DNA of 64,000 nt from Bacteroidota bacterium. GTDB lineage: Bacteria > Bacteroidota > Bacteroidia > Bacteroidales > Dysgonomonadaceae. The notes under the pieces were generated by a model, which saw nothing but the letters and a program-made list of their open reading frames with translations, did not search any database and was not told the DNA's origin. The position numbers were made by a program, and so were the translations under genes. The stretch is from the NCBI GenBank assembly GCA_023399295.1, contig JAEWQF010000032.1:2209-66208 (forward strand). Reading direction: 5' to 3'. Numbering within the stretch: position 1 is the first letter of the stretch; the number at the start of each line of letters is the position of its first letter. This document shows positions 48,570 to 58,131 of the stretch, piece by piece.

Positions 48570-49511
48570 TCACAGTCCCTGTTCGGTGAGATAACGTTCC
48601 GCGTCCATGGCCGCACGACAACCGGTGCCGGCAGCGGTGACAGCCTGACGATAGATGGGGTCGGCCACATCTCCACAGGCAAACACTCCCTCCACGCTGG
48701 TCCTGGTGTAGGGCGCCGCGGTGTTGATGTATCCAACCTCGTCGAGTGCCACATAATCCTTAAAGATTTCGGTGTTGGGCTTATGCCCGATAGCCAGGAA
48801 GAAACCATCCACCGCGATGTCATACCGCTCTTCGTCTGATTCACCTTGTCGTTTCACCAGGTGCACCCCTTCCACCCCTTTTTCTCCAAAGAGACCCACA
48901 GCATTGTGTTCAAAGAGGATCTCAATTTTGGGATTGTGCATCACCCGATCCTGCATGATCTGGGATGCCCGCAGATAGGGTTTGCGTACAATCATGTACA
49001 CCTTGTCGGCCAATCCGGAGAGGTAAGTGGCTTCCTCGCAGGCGGTATCACCACCTCCCACTACGGCCACCTTCTTCTTGCGATAAAAGAAACCGTCGCA
49101 GGTGGCACAGGCAGAGACACCCTGACCGGCATACTTCTTCTCGTCATCCAGTCCCAGGTATTTGGCTGTGGCACCGGTTGAGATGATCACCGTATCCGCT
49201 TCAATCACCTTTTCATTGTCGATTGTCACCTGCAAGGGGCGTACCGAAAAATCAACCGCAGTGGCTCTCCCCGAGCGCACGTCAGTTCCGAAACGGGCAG
49301 CCTGTTTTTTCAGGTCTTCCATCATCTCCGGACCGGTGATGCCATCAGGATAACCCGGGAAGTTCTCCACCTCGGTTGTGGTTGTCAACTGTCCACCGGG
49401 TTCCATTCCTTCATAGAGTACCGGTTCCAGGTTAGCCCTCGATGCATAGATGGCAGCTGTGAAGCCGGCAGGTCCCGATCCGATGATCAGACATCTTACT
49501 TTCTCGTTCAT
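48570..49511 (-). CDS. trxB: Thioredoxin-disulfide reductase
   Basis: IGSGPAG, GGQLTTTTEVENFPG, CATCDG, GGGDTA, GVFACGD; TACCTTTG at 49586-49593. Confidence 0.97.
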   Translation of the reverse strand: MNEKVRCLIIGSGPAGFTAAIYASRANLEPVLYEGMEPGGQLTTTTEVENFPGYPDGITGPEMMEDLKKQAARFGTDVRSGRATAVDFSVRPLQVTIDNEKVIEADTVIISTGATAKYLGLDDEKKYAGQGVSACATCDGFFYRKKKVAVVGGGDTACEEATYLSGLADKVYMIVRKPYLRASQIMQDRVMHNPKIEILFEHNAVGLFGEKGVEGVHLVKRQGESDEERYDIAVDGFFLAIGHKPNTEIFKDYVALDEVGYINTAAPYTRTSVEGVFACGDVADPIYRQAVTAAGTGCRAAMDAERYLTEQGL

Positions 49512-49681
49512 ATGATTCGTTGTAATTTAAAAACCTTCTCTCTCTGGAGGCCATCGGGAGAAGGGATGTGGTTGAATAATTGGTTCAAAGGTACAAAGAT
49601 TCTTTCACACCGGAAATCGATATATGCAATATCTATGCGGTGTAAATGGAAAATATGGAGGCTGTTGCCTCACTCGCCACA

Positions 49682-50332
49682 TTACCGCAGGTCAATGATT
49701 TCTATGTTTGGATAACGGCTTTTGTTGAACCGGAACTCCATGTCGGTGAAGTTGTGGTTGCCGTTGTAGTCCGTGATGTCGATCTGTTGCATGGTGCCGT
49801 TGTGCAGGGTCAGTGTCACCGCCGACAGTGACAGGCTGTTTTGATCAATCACTGCCTCCACTTCCCTGTATTGCTTGTTGTCGAGGGCCGGTACCATCCT
49901 GATCCGTTGCACCTGCTTGCCGTTGAGACGCTCCTTCACGGGTGATGTGAGGATGTACCCGTCACGGTAAATGCCCAGCAGGGCCAGCGGGCTGACTGCC
50001 GTTATTTCATCTGCCGATGGGTGGCTGATGTTCACCTCGTTCACCTCTTTCATCACGACCCACTGTGTTGTGCCATCGTACCACACATCTATCTGGTCGC
50101 TCTCCAGCCTGAATTTGTTCCCTTTGATGCATGCAGTGCCACTCATTGCCATCTGTTCATTTCCATCGCTGTCCAGTGTGCTGGCACGGAAGGTGAGACG
50201 GATGCCTTTGGATGCTTCAAACGCTGCATAGGTTTTATCGAGCAGCTTCTTTGCCTCGGCAGATGATTGCTGTGCACCGACAAGCAAACTGATCAGCAGT
50301 ACTGCAGTGGTGAGTATGTATCTTTTTTTCAT
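49682..50332 (-). CDS. lolA: LolA-like outer-membrane lipoprotein carrier
   Basis: Signal peptide; KGNKFRL, YDGTTQW, EVNI and C-terminal EIIDLR; directly downstream of ftsK. Confidence 0.8.
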   Translation of the reverse strand: MKKRYILTTAVLLISLLVGAQQSSAEAKKLLDKTYAAFEASKGIRLTFRASTLDSDGNEQMAMSGTACIKGNKFRLESDQIDVWYDGTTQWVVMKEVNEVNISHPSADEITAVSPLALLGIYRDGYILTSPVKERLNGKQVQRIRMVPALDNKQYREVEAVIDQNSLSLSAVTLTLHNGTMQQIDITDYNGNHNFTDMEFRFNKSRYPNIEIIDLR

Positions 50333-50457
50333 CCTGATCATTTTTAATGGGTTTACCGTTTTGACACCACAGTGATGAAACGGTTTAATAGAAGGGTGCA
50401 TCCCGCCGGAAGAAGGGCACACCATCCAGTGAGAGACAGCTGCTACCGGTTCGATGA

Positions 50458-52971
50458 TTACTGCAATGTGGCTAGTAGTCTCTCCAACGAGTATTCATCC
50501 GCAACAAAGACATCCCTGGGCTTGCTGCCCTGGGTGGCACCCACGATGCCGGCGGCCTCCAGCTGATCCATCAGCCGCCCGGCACGGTTGTAGCCGATCG
50601 AGAACTTGCGCTGGATGAGTGAGGTGGAACCTTGCTGATGCACCACGATCAGCCGTGCGGCCTCCTCGAAGAGCGGATCACGGTCGTTCAGGTCCACGGC
50701 ACCGGGCGAGACCTCCGTCTCACTGAGCACCTCGGGCAGTGCAAAAGCGTGGTCAAACCCATTCTGTTTCCCGATGTACTGGGTGATCTCCTCCACCTCG
50801 GGGGTGTCGACGAAAGCACACTGGATGCGAATCAGGTGGCTGCCCTGCGAGAAGAGCATGTCACCCCTGCCGATCAGCTGGTTGGCACCGCTCATATCGA
50901 GGATGGTGCGCGAGTCGATTTGTGAGGTCACACGGAACGCCATGCGGGCAGGGAAGTTGGCTTTGATGGTGCCGGTGATGATGTTGGTGGTGGGGCGCTG
51001 GGTGGCGATCACCATGTGCATCCCCACGGCACGTGCTTTTTGTGCGATGCGGGCGATCGGCATCTCAATCTCCTTGCCGGCGGTCATGATCAGGTCGCCA
51101 AACTCATCGATGACAACCACGATGTAGGGCATGTAACGGTGTCCCTTGAGCGGGTTTAACCGCCGCTTGACGAACTTCGCATTGTACTCGTTGACGGTAC
51201 GCACATGTGCCTTCATCAACAACTCATAGCGGTCGTCCATCTCCTTTGTGAGCGAGTTGAGTGTTTGAGTCACTTTTGTCACATCGGTGATGATTGCCTT
51301 CTCCGCATCCGGCAGTTTGGCCAGGTAGTGCTTCTCGATGGTGGAGTAGATGTTGAACTCCACCATCTTGGGGTCGATCAGCACCATCTTCATCTCTGAA
51401 GGGTGTTTCTTGTAGAGCAGCGAGGTGATGATGGCGTTCAGGCCCACCGACTTGCCCTGTCCTGTTGCACCGGCAACAAGCAGGTGGGGCATCTTGGTGA
51501 GGTCGAAGATGAACACCTCGTTGGTGATTGTCTTGCCCAATGCCACCGGCAGGTCGTAGTCACACTCCTGAAACCGGCGGGAGGAGATCACCGACTGCAT
51601 GGATACAATCTGGGGATCTTTGTTGGGCACCTCGATGCCGATGGTTCCTTTTCCTGGCATGGGTGCAATGATTCGGATGCCCAGTGCGGAAAGACTCAAT
51701 GCGATATCGTCTTCCAGATTGCGTATCTTGGAGATGCGCACACCTGCCTGGGGTACAATCTCATACAGGGTGATTGTGGGACCGACGGTAGCCTTGATGG
51801 AGGTGATCTCAATGCCATAATTGCGGAGCGTATGGATGATTTTCTCCTTGTTGTCGTTCTGCTCTTTCATGTCGACCGCCCTGTCGGAGGTGTTGTACAC
51901 CTTGAGCAGGCCCATCGTGGGAAATTGATAGGAGGAGAGGTCTTTCCGCGGATCATAATCCTCCATCAATCCCTGTGGCAGTTCCTGATCCTGATCCGTT
52001 TCAGGCAGCGTAACCGGTGTGGCCGCGGGGAGGGTTTCGTCATCTCTGGGAATGATCACCTCAAAGTCACCCTCCTTCCGCACTTTTGGCAACGGGGAGT
52101 GATCGGCTTCTGGATCCTGGGTGAAAGTGAGGGTCACGGCAGGATCCTCATCACCCTCAAGGTCCACTGTTGTTTCATCACTGTCGTCATCCGTATCATC
52201 ACCCTTCCCGTTTGTGGCCAGCCTCGTTTTCAGACCGCTGAAGAGGCGACTCAGGAAGCCTTGTTTTTTCACACTATCCGGTTCATTGACGGCATCCTCC
52301 ATTGAAAACACCTCCTCCTCCTCCGGCTCCTGTCGAGAGAAAGAGGGTCTGCTGTTCACAAGACCTTTCTGGATGGCGTAGATGGAACTCTTGCGCAGGA
52401 TCACTAACAGCGAGACGACGAAGAGTAGGATCAGCAGCAGCACCCCTGGCCAACCGATGCTGCTCTCCAGCAGCTGTTCAATCTCTGTGCCGTGAGCACC
52501 TCCCCAGTTGACATGGCTGTTTGGAAAGAGCTTGCCCAAAATGAATGCACTGGAAATTGAACCGCTGATCAGTCCGAAGGTGGTGATGAACAGTGCTTTC
52601 ACGAATGAAAGATCCGACACTTTCATGACACGCAGCCCTACAAATATCAGGAAGAGCGGGATCAACAAGGAGAAGATGCCAAACCAGTCGTTCACCAGCA
52701 TCTCCGCCAGGAAAGCGCCGCCCGCACCCGTCCAGTTGTCGATTCCTGAGTTGCCGGATCGGATCAATTCAAAGAAGGAGCGGTTGAGCACTTTGCTCTG
52801 ATCGGCCGCTCCGGTGAAGAAAAAGGAGATGGTAGCAAGCAGGATAAAGATGCCGATGAATGCAATTACTACCCCCGTGAGAAAATGAACCCGTTCATTT
52901 TTGAGAAATGCAAAACGGTTGACCCCTTTTTTTCTCGATGCAGTTGATTTCTTCCTCTTTCTTTTAGCCAT
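50458..52971 (-). CDS. ftsK: DNA translocase FtsK
   Basis: N-terminal TMs; PHLLVAGATGQGKS, IDPKMVE, IDEFGDL, ATQRP; gamma domain STSLIQRKFSIGYNRAGR. Confidence 0.97.
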   Translation of the reverse strand: MAKRKRKKSTASRKKGVNRFAFLKNERVHFLTGVVIAFIGIFILLATISFFFTGAADQSKVLNRSFFELIRSGNSGIDNWTGAGGAFLAEMLVNDWFGIFSLLIPLFLIFVGLRVMKVSDLSFVKALFITTFGLISGSISSAFILGKLFPNSHVNWGGAHGTEIEQLLESSIGWPGVLLLILLFVVSLLVILRKSSIYAIQKGLVNSRPSFSRQEPEEEEVFSMEDAVNEPDSVKKQGFLSRLFSGLKTRLATNGKGDDTDDDSDETTVDLEGDEDPAVTLTFTQDPEADHSPLPKVRKEGDFEVIIPRDDETLPAATPVTLPETDQDQELPQGLMEDYDPRKDLSSYQFPTMGLLKVYNTSDRAVDMKEQNDNKEKIIHTLRNYGIEITSIKATVGPTITLYEIVPQAGVRISKIRNLEDDIALSLSALGIRIIAPMPGKGTIGIEVPNKDPQIVSMQSVISSRRFQECDYDLPVALGKTITNEVFIFDLTKMPHLLVAGATGQGKSVGLNAIITSLLYKKHPSEMKMVLIDPKMVEFNIYSTIEKHYLAKLPDAEKAIITDVTKVTQTLNSLTKEMDDRYELLMKAHVRTVNEYNAKFVKRRLNPLKGHRYMPYIVVVIDEFGDLIMTAGKEIEMPIARIAQKARAVGMHMVIATQRPTTNIITGTIKANFPARMAFRVTSQIDSRTILDMSGANQLIGRGDMLFSQGSHLIRIQCAFVDTPEVEEITQYIGKQNGFDHAFALPEVLSETEVSPGAVDLNDRDPLFEEAARLIVVHQQGSTSLIQRKFSIGYNRAGRLMDQLEAAGIVGATQGSKPRDVFVADEYSLERLLATLQ

Positions 52972-53113
52972 AGTCTTCTCGTTTCAACCTGTTTTTGCTG
53001 CCTTTCTATCTTATTCAGTGCTCTTCAGCACAGGTGAAAGTGTGGTGTGTGAATGAATGTACAAATGTAAAAAAAAGAACGTTAGGTTGAAAGGAAGAAT
53101 AGTCCGTTTCATG

Positions 53114-53143
53114 AAAAAGATACACCTGCGGGGTGTATCTTTT
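53114..53143. terminator. Intrinsic terminator after the small membrane protein
   Basis: AAAAAGATACACC-TGCGG-GGTGTATCTTTT. Confidence 0.8.
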
Positions 53144-53169
53144 CAGCGATGCGGTTTGTCATCGACAGC

Positions 53170-53403
53170 TCATCTCTTCTTCTGTTGTCCCACCAGATAG
53201 ACTCCCCCAACCAGTGCAACCACACCAAGTGCCAATTCAATGTAGGCCGTTTGCTTCGCATTGCTGTCCTGTGCCGTGATCTCCAGCCCCAGCAGATCGA
53301 CCGATTTCTGGCTTTTACCAAGTCCGGTGACACCCAGGTATCCCAAAACCAAAGCTCCAGCGATCAACACGATACCAATTGTTTTTTTCATTTTTGCTTT
53401 CAT
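53170..53403 (-). CDS. Small two-TM membrane protein
   Basis: Two hydrophobic segments separated by KSVDLLGLEITA; bracketed by terminators; alternative start at 53391. Confidence 0.7.
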   Translation of the reverse strand: MKAKMKKTIGIVLIAGALVLGYLGVTGLGKSQKSVDLLGLEITAQDSNAKQTAYIELALGVVALVGGVYLVGQQKKR

Positions 53404-53460
53404 TTAATGGTTTCCACATCTAACGCCCCGTGCCCAATGTTTGTTCTTTCGGGACGCCTC

Positions 53461-53500
53461 AAAAAAGCGGAAAGTCCGCGAATCACTTCGCAGACTTCCC
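53461..53500 (-). terminator. Intrinsic terminator after tpx
   Basis: GGAAGTCTGCGAA-GTGA-TTCGCGGACTTTCC..TTTTTT on the minus strand. Confidence 0.8.
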
Positions 53501-53527
53501 TTGTTAACACAATCTTCATGAAACAAA

Positions 53528-54028
53528 CTACACTATCGAGTTGATTGCAGATTGATAATCCGGCTCCTGTGCAATCTCAGGAACCAGTTCGGTATGGATC
53601 ACCTTCCCTTGCGGGTCTAACACGATTACTGCGCGAGCCAACAGTCCTTTCAATGGACCGTCGGTCATCAACAGACCGTAATCCTTTCCAAACGACTCAT
53701 CGCGGAAACAGGATAAGGTCACCACATTTTCTATTCCCTCAGTGCTGCAGAAACGTCCTGCAGCAAACGGGAGGTCGGCAGATATGCCCAGCACCACGGT
53801 GTTGTCAATCACAGCGGCATCCTTGTTGAAGCGGCGTACAGAGGTAGCACATATCCCCGTGTCGAGGCTGGGAAAGATGTTCATTACCACATATTTGTCT
53901 TTGAAGTCCGCGAAGCCTGCTTCGGTAAGGTCGCTTTTCACCAGTTTGAAGTCAGGAGCTTTGCTTCCTTTCTGTGGAAGATCGCCGATGGTGTGTACAG
54001 GGTTGCCTTTGAAGGTGATATTTGCCAT
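53528..54028 (-). CDS. tpx: Thiol peroxidase (atypical 2-Cys peroxiredoxin)
   Basis: ITFKGNP, FPSLDTGICA, SADLPFA..RFC, LLARAV, EPDY. Confidence 0.96.
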   Translation of the reverse strand: MANITFKGNPVHTIGDLPQKGSKAPDFKLVKSDLTEAGFADFKDKYVVMNIFPSLDTGICATSVRRFNKDAAVIDNTVVLGISADLPFAAGRFCSTEGIENVVTLSCFRDESFGKDYGLLMTDGPLKGLLARAVIVLDPQGKVIHTELVPEIAQEPDYQSAINSIV

Positions 54029-54129
54029 ATAAGAATCTTGTCTAATTAAATTTATTCTGAATAATATCTATTTCTATTCACTTAACAACAACACCTTTCA
54101 AAAGTTCAGTACGCCTCGGTTTTTAACGT

Positions 54130-56967
54130 TCATCGTCCCTGCATGAACGTGAGCTCTTCCTTCAGGTAACGGGCGGTGTGGCTCTCCTCATTGCGGATGA
54201 TCTCTTCCGGTGTGCCCGAAGCCAGAATCATACCCCCCTTTTCGCCCCCCTCAGGACCCAGGTCGATGATATGATCCGCACATTTGATGATGTCGAGGTT
54301 GTGCTCAATGACGATCACCGTGTTGCCTTTCTCCACCAGCTTGTTGAGCACACCCAACAGTACTCGGATGTCTTCGAAGTGAAGACCGGTGGTGGGTTCA
54401 TCCAGCACGTAAAGCGTGTTGCCGGTATCGATGCGGGCCAGCTCGGTGGCCAGCTTCACCCGCTGGCTCTCCCCACCCGAGAGGGTGGTGGAGGATTGTC
54501 CCAGCTTGATGTATCCCAACCCCACCTCCTGTAGCACCCTGATCTTGTGCAGGATGGCCGGTACGTTCTCGAAAAAGTCGACTGCTTCGTTGATGCTCAT
54601 CTCCAGCACATCGGCGATCGACTTGCCCTTGAAGCGTACCTCCTGTGTCTCGCGGTTGTAGCGTTTGCCATGGCATACCTCACAGGGTACCATCACATCA
54701 GGCAGAAAGTTCATCTCGATGGTCTTGTAGCCATTTCCCTTGCACTCCTCACAACGGCCTCCCTTCACGTTGAACGAGAAGCGTCCCGGTTTGTAGGCTC
54801 TGATCTTCGCTTCCGGCATGCTGGCAAACAGATTGCGGATATCGGAGAAGACACCGGTATATGTTGACGGGTTGGAGCGGGGAGTACGGCCAATGGGCGA
54901 CTGGTCCACGCTCACCACTTTATCCAGGTGCTCGATCCCTGTCACCGCCCTGTAAGGCAACGGGTCTTTCAGCGAACGGTAAAACTTCTGACTGAGGATC
55001 GGCTGCAGCGTTTCGTTGATCAGGGTTGACTTGCCACTGCCAGAGACACCGGTCACACAGATCAGCATCCCCAGGGGAAAGGTGGCGGTCACCCCTTTCA
55101 GGTTGTTCCCCGAAGCTCCCTCAATGACCAGCTGCTTGCCGTTACCTGAGCGTCTCCTCTGCGGCAGTCCAATCTCTAGTTTACCGTTGAGGTAATTGGA
55201 GGTGAGTGTGTTCTGCTTGAGCATCACCGCCGGAATACCTTCAAACACCACATCGCCTCCCCGTTCACCGGCAAAGGGACCCATGTCCACAATGTAATCG
55301 GAAGCCAGCATCATATCTTTGTCGTGTTCCACCACCACCACCGAGTTGCCCGCATCGCGCAGCTTGCGCAACGAGTCGATGAGACGGTGGTTGTCGCGCT
55401 GATGCAGACCGATACTGGGCTCATCGAGGATATAAAGTACGTTGACAAGCTGTGAGCCTATCTGGGTAGCCAGTCTGATACGTTGGCTTTCACCCCCCGA
55501 GAGGGAGGCGGATGCACGTGAGAGTGAGAGATAACCCAGTCCCACATCGAGCAGGAACTGCAAACGGGTGAGAATCTCTTTCTTGATCTCCTCCGCTATC
55601 AGCCGTTGCTTCTCGGTAACCGAAGAATCAGACTGGATGATCCACTCATGGAGGGTGTGGATGTCCATCTGTGCCAGTTCGGCAATGTTCTTGTCGTGGA
55701 TGCGAAAGTGCAGTGCCTCCCTGTTGAGGCGTTGACCCATACATTCGGGACAGACAGAGGTGGTGATGAACTGGCCAGCCCACTTCTGGGCAGTGGCCGA
55801 GGCATCCTCCTCCTGCTGCATCTCGATGTAACGGGCTACCCCCTCGTAGGAGACCATGTAGTTGGAGTTGCCCAGCGACTCGTTCCTGATCTTCAACCGT
55901 TCATCGGTGCCAAACATGATCTCGTCGATCGCCTCCTTCGAGATCTCCTTGATTGGCGTTTTCAATGTCACACCATACTTTTCACAGATGGCGGCAATCT
56001 GCCAGAAGAGCAGGTTGCTCTTCTCCTTTCCCAGTGGGGTGATGCCACCCCCGGCAATGCTCAGCTCCGGGTTGGGGATGATCTTCTCCACATCGATCTG
56101 GTCAACCGACCCGATGCCCTTGCAACGGGGGCAGGCCCCCTGTGGTGAGTTGAATGAGAAGTTGTGTGGTGCCGGCTCGTTGTAAGACAAACCGGTGGTG
56201 GGACACATCAGGCTGCGGCTGTAATGACGCACCTCGTCCTGTTCCACATCCTGCAACAGAATCAAGCCCGATCCCTGTTTCATGGCGGTGCGGACACTCG
56301 CTTTCAGTTTGTCCGCGAATTTGTTCGAGACCACCAGCTTGTCGATCAGGATCTCAATGCTGTGGTTCTTGTAGCGGTCCACACGCATGGCGGGTAGGAT
56401 CTCGCGGATCTCACCGTCGACGCGCACATGCAGATACCCTTTCTTGCGGATCTGTTCGAACAACTCCTTGTAATGTCCTTTGCGGTTGCGGACAACCGGT
56501 GCCAGGATGTAAATCTTCTTCCCGATGTATTTCTCCAGGATCAACTCCAGGATCTGCTCATCGGTATACTTCACCATCTTCTCCCCGGTGAGGTAGGAGT
56601 AGGCCTCCCCCGCACGGGCGTAGAGCAGACGCAGGAAGTCATACACCTCGGTGGTAGTGCCTACCGTTGAACGGGGGTTTTTGTTGGTGGTCTTCTGTTC
56701 AATGGAGATGACCGGGCTCAAGCCGGTGATCTTGTCCACATCGGGACGCTCCATCTTGCCCAGGAATCCCCTGGCGTAAGCAGAGAATGTCTCGATGTAG
56801 CGACGTTGCCCTTCGGCGAAGATGGTGTCGAAAGCGAGCGACGACTTGCCACTGCCACTCAGACCGGTGATCACGGTGAGGGCATTGCGTGGGATGGTGA
56901 CGTCGATGTTCTTGAGATTGTGCACACGGGCTCCGTACACCCGTATCTGTTCAGTTTCAGATGCCAT
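54130..56967 (-). CDS. uvrA: Excinuclease ABC subunit A
   Basis: GARVHNLKN, GLSGSGKSSLAFDT, two LSGGE signatures, zinc-finger CxxC pairs. Confidence 0.98.
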   Translation of the reverse strand: MASETEQIRVYGARVHNLKNIDVTIPRNALTVITGLSGSGKSSLAFDTIFAEGQRRYIETFSAYARGFLGKMERPDVDKITGLSPVISIEQKTTNKNPRSTVGTTTEVYDFLRLLYARAGEAYSYLTGEKMVKYTDEQILELILEKYIGKKIYILAPVVRNRKGHYKELFEQIRKKGYLHVRVDGEIREILPAMRVDRYKNHSIEILIDKLVVSNKFADKLKASVRTAMKQGSGLILLQDVEQDEVRHYSRSLMCPTTGLSYNEPAPHNFSFNSPQGACPRCKGIGSVDQIDVEKIIPNPELSIAGGGITPLGKEKSNLLFWQIAAICEKYGVTLKTPIKEISKEAIDEIMFGTDERLKIRNESLGNSNYMVSYEGVARYIEMQQEEDASATAQKWAGQFITTSVCPECMGQRLNREALHFRIHDKNIAELAQMDIHTLHEWIIQSDSSVTEKQRLIAEEIKKEILTRLQFLLDVGLGYLSLSRASASLSGGESQRIRLATQIGSQLVNVLYILDEPSIGLHQRDNHRLIDSLRKLRDAGNSVVVVEHDKDMMLASDYIVDMGPFAGERGGDVVFEGIPAVMLKQNTLTSNYLNGKLEIGLPQRRRSGNGKQLVIEGASGNNLKGVTATFPLGMLICVTGVSGSGKSTLINETLQPILSQKFYRSLKDPLPYRAVTGIEHLDKVVSVDQSPIGRTPRSNPSTYTGVFSDIRNLFASMPEAKIRAYKPGRFSFNVKGGRCEECKGNGYKTIEMNFLPDVMVPCEVCHGKRYNRETQEVRFKGKSIADVLEMSINEAVDFFENVPAILHKIRVLQEVGLGYIKLGQSSTTLSGGESQRVKLATELARIDTGNTLYVLDEPTTGLHFEDIRVLLGVLNKLVEKGNTVIVIEHNLDIIKCADHIIDLGPEGGEKGGMILASGTPEEIIRNEESHTARYLKEELTFMQGR

Positions 56968-57000
56968 AGTGGATTTAAACGATTGAGAGACCGGAAATGT

Positions 57001-57984
57001 TTACTTTGCTACCCACCCTTTTCGGTGTACTTCTGGTTGCGTTCCCTTGCGATAATAGAGATCCCCGGGGGTGGGTAACAGCAGGGTGTATTTCTTGTCG
57101 GCAGTGACAGTCAACTTGGTGCTTCGCAACCAGGAATTGAAATCCTTTAGCTGGGCATAGGTGAGACCCTGCTCCCGCGCAAACGCCGCCAGATCGGGTA
57201 TCGATGTGGCAACGGTATGCCTCCTGAAATCAATTGGCTTGTAGAGATGTTCCGGTTTGATGACGAAGCCAAATTGCTGCGGATTTTCAAAGACCAGCTT
57301 GATGGCCAGCATCCGGTAGTAGTAACGGGTGGTCTCCTCCACAAGCCATAGATCGAGCGCTTCCCCGGCACCCTGTGAGGCCAGCTCACTGCTGATGCGG
57401 GCCTGCCCCCCATTGTAAGCCATGGCCGCGGCACTCCAGGAACCAAATTTGCGGTAGGCATCAAGAAGGTATTTGCCGGCCGCCACTGTCGATTTCTCGG
57501 TGTGGTAACGTTCATCCACCTCGCTGGTAACCTCCAGCCCATATTGTTTGGCGGTGCTTTCCATAAACTGCCAGAGCCCCGCTGCCCGTGCAGGTGAGAC
57601 AGCCCGTGGGTCGAGGCTGCTCTCAATCACGGCAAGGTACTTCAAGTCATCGGGCAGTCCCTGCTGCTTCAGTATCGGCTCAATCACCGGAAAGAGGCGA
57701 TTGGCACGCTTGATGAGCAAGAGGGTGGTGGAGTGGAAGTAAGTGAAGCTGTTGAGCTCCCTGTCGAGCCGTTCCCGCTTGTCGTACCGGTCGAAGGTGA
57801 TCTGCTCACCTGCAAAGGTCATGGTTTCAGGGATTTCCACCGAGGCTGTCATGGAAAGGACCAGTGGCCGCTTCGCGTCACTCTTATCCGGATCGTTCCA
57901 GGAGGTGAGAAGCAGCATCATTGACACGGTAGCTACTACGACTAAGAAAAGAGAGATATAAAGTGTTGTTTTTTTGATCATCAT
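57001..57984 (-). CDS. Lytic murein transglycosylase (SLT/MltD-like)
   Basis: LKYLAVIES (catalytic Glu), AAGLWQFM, DERY, AYNGG, ETTRY. Confidence 0.88.
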   Translation of the reverse strand: MMIKKTTLYISLFLVVVATVSMMLLLTSWNDPDKSDAKRPLVLSMTASVEIPETMTFAGEQITFDRYDKRERLDRELNSFTYFHSTTLLLIKRANRLFPVIEPILKQQGLPDDLKYLAVIESSLDPRAVSPARAAGLWQFMESTAKQYGLEVTSEVDERYHTEKSTVAAGKYLLDAYRKFGSWSAAAMAYNGGQARISSELASQGAGEALDLWLVEETTRYYYRMLAIKLVFENPQQFGFVIKPEHLYKPIDFRRHTVATSIPDLAAFAREQGLTYAQLKDFNSWLRSTKLTVTADKKYTLLLPTPGDLYYRKGTQPEVHRKGWVAK

Positions 57985-58054
57985 CCGGTTTTGTTTCGTT
58001 CAATCACTCCCATCGGAAGGGGCTGGTTGTCACCTCTCCTCACCGAATGGCTAA

Positions 58055-58082
58055 CAAATATACAAAAAAATTCCTATGTTTG
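58055..58082. promoter_or_regulatory. Back-to-back divergent -7 promoter elements
   Basis: TATATTTG (minus, 58055-58062) and TATGTTTG (plus, 58075-58082). Confidence 0.55.
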
Positions 58083-58131
58083 CATTCTGGTTTGAAGAAA
58101 TGAATCTACTGCCGGAAATCGCTGCACCCCT

